From Octopus vulgaris (lineage: Eukaryota), in contig OX597816.1 in assembly GCA_951406725.2 (NCBI GenBank), positions 103,664,001 to 103,728,000 of the forward strand: a DNA stretch of 64,000 nucleotides. The letters are read 5' to 3'. The translations under genes were made by a program, and so were the position numbers. Below the pieces are notes generated by a model, which did no database searches, was not told where the DNA came from, and worked only from the letters and a program-made list of their open reading frames with translations. Below, one piece after another: positions 27,139 to 37,713 of this stretch; the first letter of the stretch is position 1, and each line of letters begins with the position of its first letter.

Positions 27139-27141
<3 letters not shown>
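26335..27141 (-). mobile_element. Young 5'-truncated Dong/R4-clade retrotransposon: CCHC knuckle plus restriction-like endonuclease, 3' UTR, poly(A)
   Basis: Uninterrupted ~207-codon ORF end (26516-~27140): CRFC...ETVDHVISGC, RHD, KPDIVV...LLIDMSIP...K.RKYKDL, PVIVGALG. T21 tail at 26335-26355; (TTA)n on both sides. Confidence 0.92.
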
Positions 27142-27214
<73 letters not shown>

Positions 27215-27232
27215 AATAATAATAATTAGTTC

Positions 27233-27340
27233 ACAAGCTGGCGGAATCATTAGCATGCCTGACAAAATGCTTGGCAGCATTTTATTAATCTTAATGTTCT
27301 GACTTCAAATACCAACAGGATCCACTTTACTTTTCATCCT
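27233..27340 (+). mobile_element. SINE family B 5' fragment
   Basis: caagctggcggaatcattagcatgcctgacaaaatgcttgg...gttctgacttcaaat...cttttcatcct. Confidence 0.7.
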
Positions 27341-27409
27341 GATTGATTATCCTGAGTATGATTGCTTTCTCATTTTCTGTAACCTTTTCTGGCCTTATAA
27401 TTATTATTA

Positions 27410-27447
<38 letters not shown>

Positions 27448-28154
27448 TATGTATGTATGTATGCCTGTTCCCTACAAGTTCCTTCAATTCAAATAATGAG
27501 AAAATTTTCCTATTCACCTAATAGCAATTTACTACTAAGAACTAAAAATCTTTAAAATCTATTCAACATGTTCTCAAAACCTAGCAGCTCTCTGCTGTAA
27601 AAAGATCCAATTGCTGTTTCATTCTTTTCAGACCCCTGTGTTTTCTTATCACTTTACTTTATCAATATCTGTAACACAACCTACTGCATTTATCAATAGT
27701 AAATGCTAGTGGTATTTGAAATCCATTTTACTGAAATTGTTTTATTTATTAGATCACATATTTAACACTTTGCTAATACTTTGTACTTCTGAATTATCTC
27801 CAGTTCACCACTCAGTTCTGATTGTGAGGTTTATCTAAGTAGCTGAGTGGTTTAGATACAGTTTGAAGAAATACAGTGTACAGAAAGTGATGCTTCTAAG
27901 TGTTTAAGCTAACACACTTGGAAAGTTGATGCATTTTCATTTTTTTTTTTAAGAAAATGTTAACACTTGTTACTGACAGTTAAAAGAAAAAAGTATGGAA
28001 GTAACTAACAGTCTTAAGAGCGAGAGAAGAGACTTCATGTGGTTGCTTGATTGAACTAGAAATAATAGCCAAATCTACCTCATCATATTAAATGAGAAAT
28101 AACACATGCAAAGTAACCAGTAGGGGAACAATTAATAATAAATGGAGGATATAT

Positions 28155-28426
28155 TTTATTTCTTTATTGCCCACAAGGGGCTAAACATAGAGGAGACAAA
28201 CGAGGACAGACAAAGGGATTAAGTCGATTACATCGACCCCAGTGCATAACTGGTACTTAATTTATCGACCCCCGAGAGGATGAAAGGCAAAGTCAACCTC
28301 GAGCAAAAGAGCAAAAGCTGGTTCGATCTCGATTTTCAGTACAAATACAGACCGCAAAAGCGTGGCCCATCAATCCTTCTGATCCTGACATGCTAACGTT
28401 TCTACCAGCTCGCCACCTTGGCGAGC
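28155..28426 (-). mobile_element. SINE family B chimeric copy (Tx1-like tail) with 12-bp TSD
   Basis: tggaggatatat at 28143-28154 and 28427-28438. SINE body at 28155-28301 and head at ~28387-28419, with a foreign insert between them. Confidence 0.85.
28301..28382 (+). pseudogene. 28S rRNA fragment (~82 nt, conserved 3' core region) inside a SINE
   Basis: gagcaaaagagcaaaagctggttcgatctcgattttcagtacaaatacagaccgcaaaagcgtggcccatcaatccttctga versus metazoan 28S as I recall it: GAGCAGAAGGGCAAAAGCTCGCTTGATCTTGATTTTCAGTACGAATACAGACCGTGAAAGCGGGGCCTCACGATCCTTCTGA. Confidence 0.88.
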
Positions 28427-29084
28427 TGGAGGATATATCTAATATGAACAACTAATGGAATGAGAACAGTCAATGCCATGGCTTTAATAAAAGGTTCAAT
28501 TTGAAATCCTAAGAACATTTCCGAATACTAGAGGCTCCTTGAAATGGCTGTGGAGTAAAATGATTGAAACGTTGTGACTATAACAAACAATATGAAGACA
28601 CTTGTCTGAATATGTTTGTATGTAATAATGATGATTCATCTCTCAAATGCTGACAAAATCTTGATTTTTCAATCTTTATGCATATACACATGTAACTACA
28701 TATATGCTTGCACACACACACACAAACACCACACACACACAAACATAATATAAAGGAAAACAGTAGGTGGGAATACCATATGATGTAGACAGTGTAAACT
28801 ATGGATGCACAGGAGGAGCTGTAGGATTCCAGGCTACCTGATGGAAGAAAAGGATTTTGTATATAACAAATTCAGCAGAGTAGTTGGAAGTATGAATGCC
28901 CTTAAAGTAAATTCTTTTGTTTTTTAGAGGCGGCTCTCTAAAAGTATTTGACAGCTTTTGATAAGTAGGTGACAAAATTAGCTGTGGAAGATGGTGTTCA
29001 GAATGCATAGTAACCCGAATGAAAATAGGGTTAGATAAAAGTTCAGATAACTATTATCTTTGCTGGTAATGAAGAGTTTCTCTG

Positions 29085-29584
29085 AGAGAAGAGCAGACTG
29101 TTTGATCACTGTGTACATTGCAATGTTGTATGGTAGTGAAACTTATACATTGAATGTGGATATATAGAAGCTTGACAGAAATGAAGTGGGCATATTCTGT
29201 TAGATATGTAATGTTAGTGTCCATGAACAACTACTGCCAAAAGAGTTGATTAGAAAACTTGGTGTAAGAGGAACTGAATTGAGTATGGGATTAAAGACAT
29301 GTGCCAAATCTGCTATAAGAGGCAAACCAACCATAATGTGATATAGATGCCAAAATAAGAGAATGAGACCTGAACCACCTATTACAATGTTTAACAGTAG
29401 AAACTGTGGAAGAATATAACCAAGGAATACATGGGGTAAATGTTAAAAGCTGATTTCAAGAGGTTGAACCTTGCAAAGCAGCTAACAAAAGATTGCAACA
29501 CATGTTGAGATGCTGTGCTTAAGAGAACCCATCTAACCTATGCAAGCACAGAAAAATGGTTGTAAAATAATGATGATGATGATG
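29085..29584 (+). mobile_element. Degraded RTE LINE 3' fragment
   Basis: KSRLFDHCV / AMLYGSETY...KLDRNEVGIFC*ICNVSVHE resembles RTE KGRLYDACVR.AMLHGSETW...RNEASMLRWMCNVSV; ends with AVLKRTH and (GAT)n. Confidence 0.75.
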
Positions 29585-29888
29585 GTATATATATATATTT
29601 ATACACACACTAAAGAAATGCAATATCTTAGTCCTCAGCAGTAATTAGTAACAATAAATTTAATGAGAATAAACACAGAAATAAATAGAATTAAATTGCT
29701 AGTATGTAATTATTTATTACAGAAACTAGTTGTAGTGACGTCCAATATCTTCTGTGTATAATAGAGTTGATTTAATGAGTGCTGCATGTCTAAGCAGTAT
29801 TGTCTGATTATCAATGCTTATTAGTTATATCTGTTAGATATTTCAGATATTGAAATGACTAATAATGATAATGATAATAATAACAATA

Positions 29889-31424
29889 GTTTAAAATTTT
29901 GGCACAAGGCTAGAAATTTGAAGGAGGGGAGTAAATTGATTGCGCTGGCCCCAGTGGTCAAGTGGTATCTTTTTTACTGACTCCAAAAGAATGAAAGGCA
30001 AAATTGACCTCTGTGAATTTGGACTTAGAGCGTAAACATGGACAAAATGCTGCTAAGCATCTTGCCCAGTATGCTGATAATATCTGCCAGTTCACTGCTT
30101 TTAGTAGGATAATAATAATCCTTTCTACTAAAGGCACAAGGCCTGAAATTTTGGGGTAGGGGACTGGTCGATTACATTGACTCCTGTACTCAACTGGTAC
30201 TTGATTTCTCAAACCCAAAAGGATGAAAGGCAAAGTCTACCCCAGCAGCATTTGAACTTAGAACCTAAAACCAGATGTAATACTGCTAAGCATTTTGCCA
30301 GCATGCTTGTCACCTTCATATCTTTATATATAAAAGTAAGGTTGTGTGTCTGTCTCCTACGATTTAGATTCCTAACTACTCCCACATTTTGCGGTGCAGT
30401 TTAACCAAAACCGGGTATCTTATAGTTGTGATTCATATCGAGCCCTTCTGGGTATAAGCGCGCATCTACGATGAGTCTACGATTTAAAAAAAAATTTACC
30501 ATCATTTTTTTCTATTTTAATGCATTTTTTCGCTATTATATAAGGGAAGTAACTCTCTAAAAATGTCTACGATGAGTCAACGATTTAAAAAAAAATTTAC
30601 CATAATTTTTTTTCCATTTTTAATGCATTTTTTTGCTATTTTTTGGCTATAACTCTCTAAAAATGCTTATATAGTTATTTCCCTTATAAACCCGAGCAAT
30701 GCTGGGCGATACTGCTAGTTGATAATAATAATAGTCCTTTCTACTATAGGCACAAGACCTGAGATTTGTGGGGAAGAAGGTAGTTGATTTCATTGATCCC
30801 AGTGCTCAAAAGGATAGGATAAAAAGCAAGTTAACCATGGCAGAATTTGAACTCAGAACATAGGCAAATGAAATACCACTAAGCATTTTGCCTGGTGTGC
30901 TAATGATTCTGCCAGCTCACTGCCTTAATAATAACAACAACAACAATAATAATGATGATGATGATGATGATGACGATGACGATGACGAGGACGACGACGA
31001 TGACGACTTCAAGTTTTGGCACAAGGCCAGCAATTTCGTGGGTGGGGTGATTATGGTGATCCCCGCACTCTACTGGTACTTTCTTGACCTTGAAAGAATG
31101 AAAAGCAAAGTTGACTTCAGTGAAATTTGAACTCAGAATGTAAAGGCAGATGAAATGCTGCTAAGCATTTTGTCCAACATGCTAACAATTATGCCTGCTT
31201 ACTGCCTTCATAATAATAATAATAATAATAACAATATCAATTTCAAATTTTGACACGAGGCCAGCAAGTTCTGTGGGAGTCATTTATATCATCTCCAGTA
31301 CTTGACTGGTACTTATTTTATTGACTCCAAAATGATGAAAGGCAAAGTTGACTTTGGTGGCAATTGAAAATAAAGCTGCTAAGCATTTTGTCTGGCATGG
31401 TCATGATGCAGCCAGCTCACTGTT

Positions 31425-31456
<32 letters not shown>

Positions 31457-31683
31457 CATAATCATAATAATAATTATAATAATAATAATAATAATTCATT
31501 TCTTTATTGCTCACATGGGGCTAAACATAGAAAGGACAAACAAGGACAGATAAAGGGATTAAGTCGATTACATTGACCCCAGTGCATAACTGATACTTAT
31601 TTAATCGACCCCGAAAGGATGAAAGGCAAATCAACCTCGGCGGCATTTGAATTCAGAATGTAACAGCAGACGAAATACCACTA
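29889..31683 (-). mobile_element. Head-to-tail cluster of six SINE family B copies separated by (AAT)n/(GAY)n
   Basis: Copies at ~29889-30102, 30120-30316, 30735-30926, 31008-31208, 31241-31426 and 31498-31683 (last is 5'-truncated with a Tx1-like tail). Confidence 0.85.
30321..30718 (+). mobile_element. Non-autonomous Helitron (398 bp)
   Basis: A|TCtttatatataaaa 5' end; subterminal hairpin cccgagc-aat-gctggg (30691-30706); CTAG|T 3' end; A/T insertion with no TSD; internal ~100-bp tandem duplication (~30466-30665). Confidence 0.88.
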
Positions 31684-31715
31684 CAGAATATTTAGATAAT
31701 TTAATTTTTCTAAAG

Positions 31716-31840
31716 TACAAAGAATTTACAAGATTCTAGAATTTTACTTAATACTTTGAAATAACAGCAATGTCAATAATATAATCTGTACTACAGCTGC
31801 AACTTGACCAATACCGTCATCATCATCATCATCATCATTT
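31716..31840 (+). repeat. Dispersed duplication, copy 1 (paired with 35882-36006)
   Basis: tacaaagaatttacaagattctagaattttacttaat...gcaacttgaccaataccgtcatcat is identical to the 35882 copy except for a 3-nt indel. Confidence 0.9.
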
Positions 31841-32320
31841 AACATCCGCTTTCCATGTTGACATGAGTTGAATGGTCTAACAGAAACTGGCCAACTGGAG
31901 AGCTTCCCAGGTTCCAGTTGTCTATTTTGGCATGGTTTCTATGGCTGGATGCCGTTTTCTAATGCCAACCACTTCACAGAGTGTACTGGGTTAGGGTTAG
32001 GGTGTTTTTTACATGACAGTGGTATGAGTGCTGTTACATGCCATCAGCATGGGTACTTTTTACATGGCACCAATATGAGTGCCATTTACATGGCACCAGC
32101 ATAAGTACCTCTTACATGGTATTGGCACAAGTACTTATTACATGACATCATCGTAAGTGCTTTTTACATGACACCAGCACCTGTGAATCCTCAAGTGAAG
32201 GACCTCTCAGCTGAAAGAGGAATGTAGTGGGCGTACTAGAATGTGTGGGCAGTCACAGTTTTATTTTGCTTGATGTGTCTTCCTAAGCACAGCAAACAAC
32301 CAGGAGTCTCGGTCCCTTAG
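31818..32320 (-). mobile_element. 5'-truncated RTE LINE 3' end with ~7 x 26-bp VNTR
   Basis: (CAT)n tail, ggctggatgcc...aatgccaaccac, ttacatggcaccagcat-like units at 32005-32180, minus-strand ORF end DRDSWLFAVLRKTHQAK*. Confidence 0.78.
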
Positions 32321-32442
32321 TGAAATTAGTAGTTCAGAACTACGCTAGTATGTTGTAAATCAGAAAAATTGTACATCATTTCAATATGGACCATTTTATC
32401 AAAATTACCCAAGAATCAACTTGTAGTGATTAAGAAGCTCAT

Positions 32443-32533
32443 TGTGTGTGTGTGTTTGTGTGTGTGTTGTGTGTGTGTATACATATGTGTGTGTGTGCGT
32501 ATATATGTATGTGTGTGTGTATATATGTGTGTG

Positions 32534-32565
<32 letters not shown>

Positions 32566-32773
32566 CATATGTGTGTGTGTGTGCGTATATATGTATGTGT
32601 GTGTGTATATATGTGTGTGTGTGTATGTGTGTGTGTATACATATGTGTGTGTGTGTGTGTATATATGTATGTGTGTGTGTGTATATATGTGTGTGTATAT
32701 ATATGTGTGTGTGTGTATATATATGTGTGTGTGTGTATGTGTGTGTGTGTGTGCATGTGTGCGTATATATATA

Positions 32774-32808
<35 letters not shown>
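32443..32808. repeat. Long compound (TG)n/(TA)n microsatellite (~365 bp)
   Basis: Directly visible; produces five artefactual ORFs. Confidence 0.97.
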
Positions 32809-32810
<2 letters not shown>

Positions 32811-33392
32811 TTCTAATATAAGGATAAAATTTTATTAAAATTTTATCAGTAGCCAGCATATGAAAAGCACCTTTTAAGATGAAAATTATATAATTATAAA
32901 TAAGGGCAAAAAGAAAAAAATTTCTTTGCCAATATATATTCGCTATGATTTTTTTTCTTACCTTGTTATGTATTCATAGATGTTCTCTGTTTTATGAAAA
33001 CGCTTTGGGGGAAATGATATCCATGACCCATTTTTAATATTCCATTGCAGTGAGATTTCTTAATAAGCATTAATGCTATGACATTACTTTATCACTTCCT
33101 TTCCTACTTCATATAAATTAGACATCAAGATGTGAAATTTTATACCTAATTATGATAACATATGACAAGAAAAAAACGTAAAAAAATAATCAATGATTTT
33201 ATGATACCTTGATTTAATTTATTTTATATTTATATCAGTATTTTTCATTTTCATTTATCCATAACTGAAGATTCCAATCTGCTGGAACATGCATGTGTGT
33301 GTATTAGTGTATATGTGTGTGTGTGTCTGTATTTATGTGTGTGTATTTATATAGGTGCAGGCATGGATGTGTGTTTAAGTAGTTCATTGTGT

Positions 33393-33427
<35 letters not shown>

Positions 33428-34013
33428 AAAACACCTTACTTCCTCCCTTTTAATTTTCTCTATATATTTATACTTAAATATTCATCATCTGAAAGTCTTC
33501 AATCTTTGCTTTCTCTCATTTTGCATATCCACATAATTGCTTCCATATCTGCTCAACTTGATTCCTTTCATACCCATTCTTTATCCCTTGGAATCGGTCC
33601 CTCATAAAGACATTGAGAATCTCTGGATTTTATCTATTGACTATATATATATATATATATCCATAATCAACAGATATATATATATATCTATTTGTATATG
33701 TCTACCTATGTGTTTAAGTGAGTTTGTATTTCCTTTCCTCTTCACACATGTTCACTGACTGATAACAAAAGACTCTTCCAAACAGTGTCATTTGTTTTCA
33801 GTTTTCTTAACTATGTATGACCTTATTGTTGTTTTGTAGACTGGGGAATAATTTCCTTACTTGGAAAAAGGTGAGGGTTTGCCTCAGGAAGGGCATCTGA
33901 CCATAGAAATTCTGCACCAACAACATAGAAAATGGACATTAAAATAATGATGACAACAATGATGATGTTGATGGTGATTATGATGATTATGAGGATATAT
34001 GAGTTTTATTAGC

Positions 34014-34164
34014 AGGCACAGGTGTGGCTGTGTGGTAAGAAGCTTGCTTCCCAACCACATGGTTCCAGGTTCAGTCCCATTATGTGGCACTTTGTGTAAA
34101 GTGCTTTCTATTATAGCCTCGGGCTGACCAAAACCTTGTGAGTGGATTTGGTAGACAGAAACTG

Positions 34165-34198
<34 letters not shown>

Positions 34199-34452
34199 GT
34201 GTGTGTTTGTGTATGTGTGTATGTGTGTCTTTGCATCAGATTGCCCCTCCTGCCGCCAACCCATCACTATTTGACAACCAGTGTTTGTGTGTTTACGTCC
34301 CCATAACTTAGCAGTTTGGCAAAACAGACTGATAGAATAAGTATTAGGTTTAAAGAATAAGTCTTGGAGTCAATTTCTTCGACTAATTCCCTTTAAAGTG
34401 GTGCTCCTACATGGTCGTAGTCAAATAACTGAAACAAGTAAAAGAATAAAAG
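34014..34452 (+). mobile_element. SINE family A, full length
   Basis: aggcacaggtgtggctgtgtggtaagaagc...ggttcagtccc...gaaacaagtaaaagaataaaa. Confidence 0.9.
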
Positions 34453-35881
34453 AAGAAAAGTTGTTAAAGAAATATCCCACCTTGAGTCTATTACAGAACA
34501 TAACTGTGGGTAGATTTTTAGCTGAACATTGCAATCTAAACTAATGTAGCACGTAAACATTTTGTTCCCAGCCCAGTATATTTTGCCCACCCTGATATAA
34601 TGTGCCTCCTCAATGTTCCTTTTGTTTTCTTTCTTCTGGTTTCAATCATTGGAATGTGACCATATTAGGACTCCATTTATAGTCACTTCAGGATGAAAGT
34701 GTATCTTTGTAAGATTCAAACCCAGAAAACGAAGGGAGATAACCAAGTACCACCGAGTTTTTTGCTTGACATTCAGTTGGTTCTGTCATATACTCTGCTC
34801 TAAATATATTGTACCTTCTTTGATTATATTGTGATCTCTCAATTTTATTGTATTTTTTATTTATTTAATTAAATGAAATTCACTTCCTTATGATATCTTT
34901 TGTTCTTTAGTTTGTTTTAGCCATCACTGTCAAGTGATAACATATGCACACAGTACATCTTCTGTACTGGGCTATTAATTGTTGAGCTTTTAATTTGCTA
35001 CAATAATTTTAGTTTTAAGTGATTGTTGATAAAATCTCACTCAAGTACCTTAGACATTTTGTACTTACCATGGTGATTATATAGTGTTTGTTTAGGCAAT
35101 AAAGCTCTTTAATAACTATGTGAATGATTTATATAATAATGTAGTGTCAATGTATGTTAATAGTGATTTCTTTAAGTAGTTATCCATGAAGTTTTAATGA
35201 TGTGTAATAACCAACTTAAAAGGAATTTCCAGCATTTGTAGTTAACCTTGATTTTCTTACTTAGTCAAAAAGGTAGGAAATTCACTGTAAGTTTCTTTGG
35301 TTAGTTAACTGGAAAGATATTAAAGCTATTATCTGTATCATTTGCCATTATTTCATTATTTTCTATTGCTACTATTAATTAGTTAATAAGAAGAGAGGTG
35401 TGAAGGTCATCTTGTATTTATGAGTTCAATGTGATTGGTGTTCACCATAAATCTCTGATGGCCTGTGTCTTCAGACAGAGACTTCTAGACAGTTGCACCA
35501 AGAAGAGGATTTTAGAGGGTTTCTGTATTTGGAGGACTGATTGAATGAAATATTCAATGCAAGTCATTCTAGAGAGTTGGATAGTTGAGTATGTTACGTT
35601 GAACTAGGTGTAGATACTACATAGCTTTGCAGTAAAAAGTAACAGATCATAGTAGAAGCAGCATAAAGGAAAGGAACAGCATATCCGTGAGTGTGTTCTT
35701 GTAAGAACCAAAGCTGTCACTGACAAGTCTGTTATAATTCTTTATGTTTAGTGTCAAAGCATCTTTTGTGTTATTCAATGTCTTCACAGCCAATATATTC
35801 TCACTGATAGTCACTTGGTCTCATGTTAACTTTCTGGTACTACTATATAGCTTGATTCCATGAGTTTTTACATCTTCACAC

Positions 35882-36006
35882 TACAAAGAATTTACAAGAT
35901 TCTAGAATTTTACTTAATAATACTTTGAAATAACAGCAATGTCAATAATATAATCTGTACTACAGCTGCAACTTGACCAATACCGTCATCATAATCATCG
36001 TCATTT
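35882..36006 (+). repeat. Dispersed duplication, copy 2 (paired with 31716-31840)
   Basis: Near-identical to 31716-31840. Confidence 0.9.
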
Positions 36007-36750
36007 CTTAAGAGAAGAAAGAGCAGTCAATAGTATTAAGTCCCAAGTCAACCCTGATTTAGCAGATTTCTGAGTAAAGGCATTGTTATCGAGATCATTC
36101 CTTCTTGTTTTTTGACACATTGTATCTAGAATTACAATATCAGATGTGTCCTTCCTTTTTTAAGATAGAATGATGTAAATCAAAAAATCCTGATGATTTA
36201 GCTGTGATTTCTTGTGCCTTGTGTGACAGCATAAAGATTCCTTCATTGGTTATAATCTATAGCATATAATATACTAATGCAAAATTGTCTAAAATTAGAA
36301 GTAAATAGATTGAATATGAAGAGCTAATAGGTATTTCTTGAACACTGTTAATGACATAAGTATTTCGGTAATTACACATCTCATTATAAGTGGAGGACAT
36401 ACATTTAATGATTGCCTGCTTAATGTAATTCGACAGAAATCTGCTTAATCTCTCCCTGTAAAAGACATCTACTTATCTGTCTGAAAAAGATATCTGTTTA
36501 ATGAAAAAGCTCAACCTGTTTGTAAAATGCATCTGGTTTATTTGAACATAAGGGACATGTTAAATTATATGAAATAGTTACATGATTAACCAGTGTATAA
36601 AAGACATATGAAACTTATTTTCTGTCCACCATTTATGAACTTAGCTGCCTGCAGGGTCTAAAGCTAATCATCAACTACATTAACCTCAGCAATCTGGAAA
36701 AGTCTTCAGAACGTATGGGCATTTCTTAAAAATAATAATAATAATAACAA

Positions 36751-36953
36751 TTTCAAATTTTGGCACAAGACCAGTAATTTGGGGGAGGGGGCAAGTTGAT
36801 TACATTGACTCCAGTGTTCAACTTATTCTATAAATCCTGAAGGGATGAAATGCAGAGTCAGTACCTGCAGTATTTGGCTGAGAGCGTAATGTCAGAAGAA
36901 ATGTCACTATGTATATTTCTGGCATGGTAATGATTCTTCCAGCTTCCCACCTT
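36751..36953 (-). mobile_element. SINE family B copy flanked by (AAT)n
   Basis: tttcaaattttggcacaagacc...gggatgaaatgcagagtc...gattcttccagcttcccacctt. Confidence 0.75.
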
Positions 36954-37014
36954 AATAATAGTAGTAAGTAGTAATAATTACTAATCCCTCTGTCAAGGAT
37001 ATTGGAAAAATTTA

Positions 37015-37415
37015 GGCCTTCCTATGAGTTAACCAAAACCAAGATGAGAATGAATCACTTACTTTATATGGATGACCTCAAGATTTATACAAAAATGAGA
37101 CAGATCTGGATTCTCTGATCCAAACAGTTGAGAGTATTCGATAAAGATACTGGAATGTGGTTTGGGACAGGGTAGTGCACAATACTAATTATGAAGAGAG
37201 GCCAGAAGATAAGTCTGATGGCTTAAAATTACAAGAAAACATCATTAGATTGCTGTAGGATAAAGGGTGGGGTACAAAGTGCTAGAAGACAATAAGATAA
37301 AGGATGCAGAAATGAGAAAGAAAATCACTAAAAAGTACAAAAAAAAATTTAGGAAGGTACTCAAAACAAAATTAAATGGAGGGAACATCACTAAAGCCAT
37401 AAATACAGGGCTATG
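37015..37415 (+). mobile_element. Dong/R4-clade RT fragment
   Basis: YELTKTKMRMNHLLYMDDLKIYTK (YMDD catalytic motif) / DLDSLIQTV / KDTGMWFG...IMKRG, then RKVLKTKLNGGNITKAINT. Confidence 0.8.
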
Positions 37416-37489
37416 CAAGTACTGAGGCCATAAACATGTTAGCCATGCCCTTAATTGCATACAGCTTCAATGCTATAAACTGGTCCACT

Positions 37490-37632
37490 TGGAGGCTGAT
37501 GACAGTCCAAGCAATGCTGATTTTTTGTAGGTATTCCACCTTCACACTTGTGTCAATCTTTTTCAACCATGTTGGTAGTTGAGTACTAATACTTTCAAGT
37601 GCACCAATTACTATTGGTATCACGTCTATTAT
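37490..37632 (-). mobile_element. Dong/R4 C-terminal fragment abutting (TTA)n
   Basis: DVIPIVIGALESISTQLPTWLKKIDTSVKVEYLQK, homologous to the TIPVIVGALG...LQEVQK end of the 26516 ORF. Confidence 0.7.
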
Positions 37633-37671
37633 TATTATTATCATTAATTATTATTATTATTATTATTATTA

Positions 37672-37713
<42 letters not shown>

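Noticed and set aside
27142-27280. N-terminal MLPSILSG...poly-N part of the 254-aa ORF
   Set aside because: Read-through from an antisense SINE B head and (AAT)n; only the part from SLLTRNY onward is retrotransposon protein.
28301-28382. Functional rRNA gene
   Set aside because: Only ~82 nt, with substitutions, embedded in a SINE; treated as a pseudogenic fragment.
30888-31130. ORF with poly-N/poly-D acidic tract
   Set aside because: (AAT)/(GAT)/(GAC) microsatellite between two SINE B copies; no supported splice sites.
32005-32180. Regularly spaced ~26-bp repeats, and SINE array 29889-31683, as CRISPR-like arrays
   Set aside because: Units are degenerate and abut without unique spacers; eukaryotic retroelement context with no cas genes.
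32369-32859. Overlapping 105-147 aa ORFs rich in C/V/Y or H/T/I (also at 301, 3225, 9349-10189, 33297, 42875, 62979)
   Set aside because: Translations of (TG)n/(TA)n microsatellites, which lack stop codons; not genes.
35400-35760. Possible very old CR1/L2-type 3' fragment on the minus strand (similar purine-rich tracts at ~10950-11300 and ~39660-40080)
   Set aside because: Only faint motif resemblance; cannot be supported without an HMM search.
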